A stretch of 14,000 nt of DNA from Nitrospirota bacterium. GTDB lineage: Bacteria > Nitrospirota > Thermodesulfovibrionia > Thermodesulfovibrionales > Dissulfurispiraceae. The stretch lies in assembly GCA_040758355.1 (NCBI GenBank), contig JBFLWF010000045.1:1-14000 (forward strand), written 5' to 3'. Of the stretch, positions 9,285 through 14,000 are shown piece after piece. The notes below the pieces were generated by a model, which did no database searches, had not been told where the DNA came from, and saw nothing but the letters and a program-made list of their open reading frames with translations. A program made the translations under genes and the position numbers. The first letter of the stretch is position 1; every line of letters begins with the position of its first letter.

Positions 9285-9713
9285 ATGAAAGTTGCATTTG
9301 CGACAACAGACGGGGTCAATGTTGACGAGCATTTCGGCAGGGCAGGGATGTTCGCCATATACGAACTTACAAAAGACGGCTACAGGTTTGTTGAAATGAG
9401 GAAGTTTGCTGACGGCAGGGACACGGAAATCGAGGATACAAAAGGAATGGGTGATGTGCATGACGACAGGGTTCAAAGGAAAGTTGATAAGCTTTCGGAC
9501 TGCAAGATCGTGTATCTAACCGAAATAGGAGGCCATTCTGCAGCAAGGCTCGTAAAGAAAGGGATGATGCCCATTAAGGTTCACCCCGTTAGAAATGAAT
9601 TTTCTAACGGGGTAAAGGAGATAGTCTCTATTGAGGAGTCATTACAGAAACTTATAGAGACCCTTAAGAAATCGCCGCCGCCTTGGCTTAAAAAGGCGAT
9701 GAATAGCGATTAG
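9285..9713 (+). CDS. nifX: NifX FeMo-cofactor precursor carrier (142 aa)
   Basis: MKVAFATTDGVNVDEHFGRA, DCKIVYLTEIGG and C-terminal PPPWLKKAM. The start is ATG 9285 behind AGGAGG (9272-9277). Confidence 0.93.
   Translation: MKVAFATTDGVNVDEHFGRAGMFAIYELTKDGYRFVEMRKFADGRDTEIEDTKGMGDVHDDRVQRKVDKLSDCKIVYLTEIGGHSAARLVKKGMMPIKVHPVRNEFSNGVKEIVSIEESLQKLIETLKKSPPPWLKKAMNSD
9581..9613. repeat. 33-nt palindromic in-frame insert in nifX
   Basis: ACCCCGTTAGAAA-TGAAT-TTTCTAACGGGGT (perfect 13-bp stem, 9583-9613). Confidence 0.9.
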
Positions 9714-9791
9714 CTGTCAGCGATCAGCGTTCAGCAAGAGACACTTCAAATCATATTTTACTGATAGCTATTAGCTGAATGCTGATAGCTA
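9704..9791. repeat. Inverted heptamer array spanning the nifX stop and the nifX-nifI1 spacer
   Basis: TAGCGAT TAGCTGT CAGCGAT CAGCGTT CAGCAAG, a spacer, then ACTGATA GCTATTA GCTGAAT GCTGATA GCTA. Confidence 0.85.
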
Positions 9792-9808
9792 AAAAGGAGG
9801 AAATTACC

Positions 9809-10126
9809 ATGAAGATGATCAGGGCATTTATCAGACCGGAAAAGGAGCAGGAGGTTGTTCTTGCACTTGAGGGAGCGGGCTTCCCGTCCCTTACAAAGAT
9901 GCCTGTATTCGGAAGGGGAAAGCAGAAGGGGCTTCAGGTAGGTCCTGTGCATTACGACGAACTCCCAAAGACACTTATAATGACAGTCGTTGGTACCGAG
10001 GATGTGGACAAGGTTGTCAAGATAATTCAGGACAAGGCAAGGACAGGCTTCATAGGCGATGGAAAGATATTCGTAAGTCCTGTTGAGGCTGTATATACTG
10101 TGAGAACAGGAGAGTCGGGATTATGA
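9809..10126 (+). CDS. nifI1: P-II family nitrogen fixation regulator NifI1 (105 aa)
   Basis: MKMIRAFIRPEK, VFGRGKQKG, YDELPK and GDGKIFVSPV; first of a tandem P-II pair in a nif operon. The start is ATG 9809 behind AGGAGG. Confidence 0.9.
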   Translation: MKMIRAFIRPEKEQEVVLALEGAGFPSLTKMPVFGRGKQKGLQVGPVHYDELPKTLIMTVVGTEDVDKVVKIIQDKARTGFIGDGKIFVSPVEAVYTVRTGESGL

Positions 10127-10539
10127 AAGAGATTACCGCAATTATCAGAAGGGACAAGCTTCCGGAGACAAAGCAGGTGCTTGAGGAACTGGGCTATCCA
10201 TCCCTCACAATCCAGAGTGTTGAGGGAAGGGGAAAACAGAAGGGCGCTATGTGTGCTGAGATGGATTCGGAGATGCCTGACAGTTTTTGCACCGCAGTTA
10301 AGCTGACTCCCACACCTTCAGCATACGCCCTTGAGCATACCTTGCCTAAGGTTGCCCTTTATGTGCCTAAAAGGATGCTCACGATAGTTGTGCCGGATGA
10401 TGTGGTGAGCAAGGTAGTGAAGTCAATAATAAAGGCGAATCAGACAGGAAAGCGTGGAGACGGAAAGATATTTGTTTCGCCGATTGAAGGCGCTGTGAGG
10501 GTGAGGACAGGGGAGAAGGACGGAGAGGCGATAGCGTAA
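10123..10539 (+). CDS. nifI2: P-II family nitrogen fixation regulator NifI2
   Basis: MKEITAIIR, GRGKQKG, an extended T-loop, PKRMLTIVV, NQTGKRGDGKIFV and RVRTGE; ATGA overlap with nifI1. Confidence 0.9.
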   Translation: MKEITAIIRRDKLPETKQVLEELGYPSLTIQSVEGRGKQKGAMCAEMDSEMPDSFCTAVKLTPTPSAYALEHTLPKVALYVPKRMLTIVVPDDVVSKVVKSIIKANQTGKRGDGKIFVSPIEGAVRVRTGEKDGEAIA

Positions 10540-10548
10540 GGAGGAGTT

Positions 10549-10824
10549 ATGCCAATTATAGGTTACACAAGGGGCGGGAAGGAATGGACGCCCAAATTTA
10601 TAGAATCCATCGATGTTGAGAAATGTATCGGTTGTGGACGCTGCTATAAGGTTTGCGGCATGGATGTGCTTGAGCTTATAGAGAAGCCTTTTGAGGGTGA
10701 GGATGAATACGGAGACGACATGGGCAATAAAGTAATGTCAATTGCAAATCCTGACAACTGCATCGGCTGTGAGGCATGTTCGAGGATATGCACAAAGCGT
10801 TGTCATGTGCATATAGAGGTGTAA
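10549..10824 (+). CDS. fdxB: nif-specific 2[4Fe-4S] ferredoxin (ferredoxin III type)
   Basis: TRGGKEWTPKF N-terminus; CIGCGRCYKVC and CIGCEACSRIC motifs. Confidence 0.85.
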   Translation: MPIIGYTRGGKEWTPKFIESIDVEKCIGCGRCYKVCGMDVLELIEKPFEGEDEYGDDMGNKVMSIANPDNCIGCEACSRICTKRCHVHIEV

Positions 10825-10825
10825 A

Positions 10826-11695
10826 ATGAAGAACATTATTAAAACTCATCCATGTTTTTCAAAGGAGGCGCATCACAAGTTCGGAAGGATACATCTTCCT
10901 GTTGCGCCTGCGTGCAATATACAGTGCAGATACTGCATAAGGAAATATGACTGCGCCAATGAATCGAGGCCTGGAATTACGAGTAAGGTTCTGACTCCGT
11001 CAGAGGTTCTGGAACGGGTAAGGGCGCTTGTTGAAAGAAATGACAGGCTTAGCGTTGTTGGAATTGCAGGGCCGGGAGATCCTCTTGCTAATGATGCAAC
11101 CTTTGAAACAATGAAGGCAATCCATAGAGAATTTCCTGAACTTGTCCTGTGCGTATCCACAAACGGCCTTTATCTCTCTGACCGGCTTGAAGATCTTGTG
11201 AAATCAGGAGTGAGAAGCCTTACCATTACTATTAATGCTGTGATGCCCGAAACAGCAGAAAAGATTTACTCATGGGTTTTATACAGGGGCAGGCGCTATA
11301 CAGGAAGGGATGCTGCTGAGTGTATTTTGTGCAATCAGTGGAGAGGACTCAGAAACGCCATTGATGCAGGGCTTATTGTGAAGGTAAACACTGTTTTAAT
11401 CCCAAATATTAATGATGCAGAGATTCCTTTAATAGCATGGCTTGCAGGAGGCAAGGGTGCGGATTTGATGAATATAATTCCCCTGATTCCACAGGCAGAG
11501 TTCGAATGCATGCGCAGGCCGTCACGTGAGGTGGTAAACAGACTGCGGGATGAATGCATAAGGCATATACCACAGATGACGCACTGCAGGCAGTGCAGGG
11601 CGGATGCATGCGGAATCCTTGGAGAAGACAAGGACATGGAGCTTGAGGTGTTAAATGCAAGGATAGGAGAGGAATACTGTGAGATGGTTAACTGA
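10826..11695 (+). CDS. nifB: NifB radical SAM FeMo-cofactor biosynthesis protein, stand-alone SAM-domain form
   Basis: NifB signature motifs HPC, CNIQCRYC, ESRPG, AGPGD, TITIN and CRQCRADACG; no C-terminal NifX-like domain. Confidence 0.9.
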   Translation: MKNIIKTHPCFSKEAHHKFGRIHLPVAPACNIQCRYCIRKYDCANESRPGITSKVLTPSEVLERVRALVERNDRLSVVGIAGPGDPLANDATFETMKAIHREFPELVLCVSTNGLYLSDRLEDLVKSGVRSLTITINAVMPETAEKIYSWVLYRGRRYTGRDAAECILCNQWRGLRNAIDAGLIVKVNTVLIPNINDAEIPLIAWLAGGKGADLMNIIPLIPQAEFECMRRPSREVVNRLRDECIRHIPQMTHCRQCRADACGILGEDKDMELEVLNARIGEEYCEMVN

Positions 11696-12470
11696 TATAG
11701 AACTTGAGCGCTACCGCAGGCAGTTGATGCTTGGTGGTTTTACAATTGAACATCAGCAGAGACTAAAGGCATCAACTGCACTTATTGCAGGAATAGGTGG
11801 GCTTGGCGGGACTGCTGCTATTTATCTTGCGGTTGCAGGAATAGGTAAAATGATCTTTGCCCATTACGGAAATCTGACGCTCTCAAACATGAACAGGCAG
11901 ATATTGATGAGACATGACTGGATTGGAAAAAGCAGGGCGATACAGGCAATGAAGAGCATTGAAGATATAAACCCTGATGTAGAGGTCGAGATATATGATG
12001 AAAGGACATCAGGGGATAATGTTGATGAACTCCTCGATGGAGTCCAGATAGCACTCTCTGCGCGGCCTAATTTTCATGAAAGACGGGTATTAAACAATGC
12101 ATGTGTAAGAAAGGGCATTCCAATGGTCGAGGCAGCTATGAACGGCATGGAGGGATATCTATTCAATGTCATCTCTGAAAAGACACCATGCCTGAATTGT
12201 CTGTATCCTGAGGATAATAATGAATGGGAGGAACTGGGCTTCCCGGTTCTTGGCGCTGTCTCGGGAATGCTCGGATGCCTGATGGCCATCGAGGCAATCA
12301 AGCTGCTCACAGGCTATGGGAAACCGATGCTTTCAAAGATGCTCGTGTTTAATACCATCGATATGGAGTTCAGGAAGCTCAATATCTATAGGGATGAAGA
12401 TTGCGGTGTATGCGGTAAAAAGGCTAAAATAGCGGAGACGATACAATGCGAGTTCTCTCGGGCAAAGTAA
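11679..12470 (+). CDS. hesA: HesA/MoeB/ThiF family E1-like protein
   Basis: RYRRQL, GIGGLG, SNMNRQIL and two CxxC motifs (CLNC, CGVC); GTG start overlapping nifB; nif-cluster context. Confidence 0.8.
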   Translation: MRWLTDIELERYRRQLMLGGFTIEHQQRLKASTALIAGIGGLGGTAAIYLAVAGIGKMIFAHYGNLTLSNMNRQILMRHDWIGKSRAIQAMKSIEDINPDVEVEIYDERTSGDNVDELLDGVQIALSARPNFHERRVLNNACVRKGIPMVEAAMNGMEGYLFNVISEKTPCLNCLYPEDNNEWEELGFPVLGAVSGMLGCLMAIEAIKLLTGYGKPMLSKMLVFNTIDMEFRKLNIYRDEDCGVCGKKAKIAETIQCEFSRAK

Positions 12471-13579
12471 AGCAATTCATGTGGGACCTATCAGGCGCCT
12501 TTGGCGATATAGGTGTTTTATTCCCTATTGCCATTGCGTTAATAGTAAAGAATGGTTTCAATCCTACGGCGCTGTTTTTAATGGCAGGACTCTTCTATGT
12601 GGCATCTGCCTATTACTTTAAAATCACAATGCCTGTTCAACCCCTTAAGGCAATGTCAGCCATTGCAATTGCCACAGGACTGAGCAGCAGCGTTATCAAC
12701 GCTGCCGGCATTGTTATGGGAATTATCCTGCTCATCATAGCATTTACAGGATTAAGTATAAGACTCGGAAATATTTTCCCTTTATCCGTAATAAGGGGAA
12801 TACAGCTCGGTTTGGGCATGATGCTTATAAAGGCATCATTGAATCTCATGAATGGCGATATTCCCATTGCCATAATTGTCGGAGCAATCCTGATGGCATG
12901 TGTTTTTATAATCAAAAATATGCCGCCTCTTATACCTGTTATGATAATCGGGATAGTTATTTCTTTAAGGGAAATTAAAATGGCTTCAATGGGTCCTGTG
13001 GCTTTAGCACCGGTCATTCCTGATCTGAATAACTTATGGATGGGCCTTACAATGCTCGTCCTGCCGCAGATAGCATTAACATTCGGCAATGCCATAGTTG
13101 CAACCGAGGCAACAGGCAGGATACTCTACGGTGAAAGGGCTGAGAAACTGAACCTCAGAAGCATTCCGCTGAGTATGGGTATTGCAAATATTGCATCGGG
13201 GATAGCAGGAGGGGCTCCAATGTGCCACGGCTGCGGCGGACTGACAGCGCATTGCAAATTTGGCGCAACCAGTGAGAAATCAGGTTATATCATAGGTTTT
13301 ACACTTATTGCATTGGCGATTCTTTTCGGACATTCTGCATTATCAATGGTATCAGCCTTTCCAAAGGGCATCCTGGGTGTCTTGCTCTTTTATGTGGGAG
13401 TGCAGCACTCACTTTTTATAAAGGACATCGTAAAGGACAAAACATCTGTTCTGATTGCCTCAATCACTGCTGCTTTAGGCTTTTGGCTGAATAATCTCAC
13501 TACAGGGTTTCTTGCAGGCATTGTGATACATCATGTCTTGACTGGTTTTGCGAAGACCTTAAATGTTTTGAAAGATTAA
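12446..13579 (+). CDS. MOT1-family putative molybdate/sulfate transporter
   Basis: Polytopic membrane protein with SGAFGDIG, PVQPLKAM, PQIALTFGNA and PMCHGCGGLTAH motifs. The start could alternatively be ATG 12479. Confidence 0.85.
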   Translation: MRVLSGKVKQFMWDLSGAFGDIGVLFPIAIALIVKNGFNPTALFLMAGLFYVASAYYFKITMPVQPLKAMSAIAIATGLSSSVINAAGIVMGIILLIIAFTGLSIRLGNIFPLSVIRGIQLGLGMMLIKASLNLMNGDIPIAIIVGAILMACVFIIKNMPPLIPVMIIGIVISLREIKMASMGPVALAPVIPDLNNLWMGLTMLVLPQIALTFGNAIVATEATGRILYGERAEKLNLRSIPLSMGIANIASGIAGGAPMCHGCGGLTAHCKFGATSEKSGYIIGFTLIALAILFGHSALSMVSAFPKGILGVLLFYVGVQHSLFIKDIVKDKTSVLIASITAALGFWLNNLTTGFLAGIVIHHVLTGFAKTLNVLKD

Positions 13580-13607
13580 AAATATTCATCTAAAATAATT
13601 ACTGCAC

Positions 13608-13889
13608 ATGGCTGACAAAAAACCTCATACCCTCCCGCCATCCATAATCTACTGCTTCTTTGCACTGGGCATTATCTCTGCAATTGCCTTCAGGGCAATT
13701 ATAGTCTTTCAGCGGCTTGAGCCTTCATGGGTGAGGCCTGTATGGTATGTGGGGGTCCTCGGCTACATGGTCTTTTTCCTTTACAGGTATTACATCTCTG
13801 AGAAGAGGAAAAAGGCCATTGAAAAATTCCAGTTGATCGAGAAGGTGAAGGCAAATGCATGTCTTACTGATGAAAAGGCTGTTCAATAA
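13608..13889 (+). CDS. Small membrane protein of unknown function, possibly 3'-truncated
   Basis: 93-aa ORF with two hydrophobic helices, 28 nt after the transporter and on the same strand. Confidence 0.65.
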   Translation: MADKKPHTLPPSIIYCFFALGIISAIAFRAIIVFQRLEPSWVRPVWYVGVLGYMVFFLYRYYISEKRKKAIEKFQLIEKVKANACLTDEKAVQ

Positions 13890-14000
13890 CAGCGAATAGT
13901 TTTTGACAAGGAGTTAACAAACTGGGCAAATCAGACAACAAGGCAATGCAAACCGCAACTACAGCACATAATAACCTCAAACAACGCGGCTTCAAGTCCG

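Noticed and set aside
9146..9325. 59-aa Cys/Arg-rich ORF (MVLKRLGQPRR...) upstream of and overlapping nifX
   Set aside because: It runs through the structured element, has its start buried in the outer stem, overlaps nifX out of frame and shows no recognisable motif.
7324..9791. Repeat tracts considered as a CRISPR array
   Set aside because: The units are 7 nt with no unique spacers of CRISPR size, and no cas genes are present.

Overview
The window holds an apparently intact molybdenum-nitrogenase operon on the + strand (2586-13889): nifH, nifD, nifK, fused nifEN, nifX, nifI1, nifI2, a nif ferredoxin, a short radical-SAM-only nifB, a hesA-like gene, a MOT1-type molybdate transporter and a small membrane protein. 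It is preceded by a consensus sigma54 -24/-12 promoter and a NifA-type TGT-N10-ACA site. To the left, on the - strand, is an AT-rich accessory patch: a secreted heptad-repeat protein, a possible antitoxin remnant, a pRiA4b ORF-3 protein, a DUF433 protein and a membrane protein cut by the right end of an IS3-family element. The most unusual signal is a dense set of small palindromic and 7-nt-periodic elements between 6830 and 9791. Five sit in frame inside nifEN (one forms the NifE-NifN linker), one is a clean 33-nt in-frame insert in nifX, one is intergenic before nifI1, and a ~135-nt multi-stem structure abuts the nifX ribosome-binding site. I saw none in nifHDK by eye.
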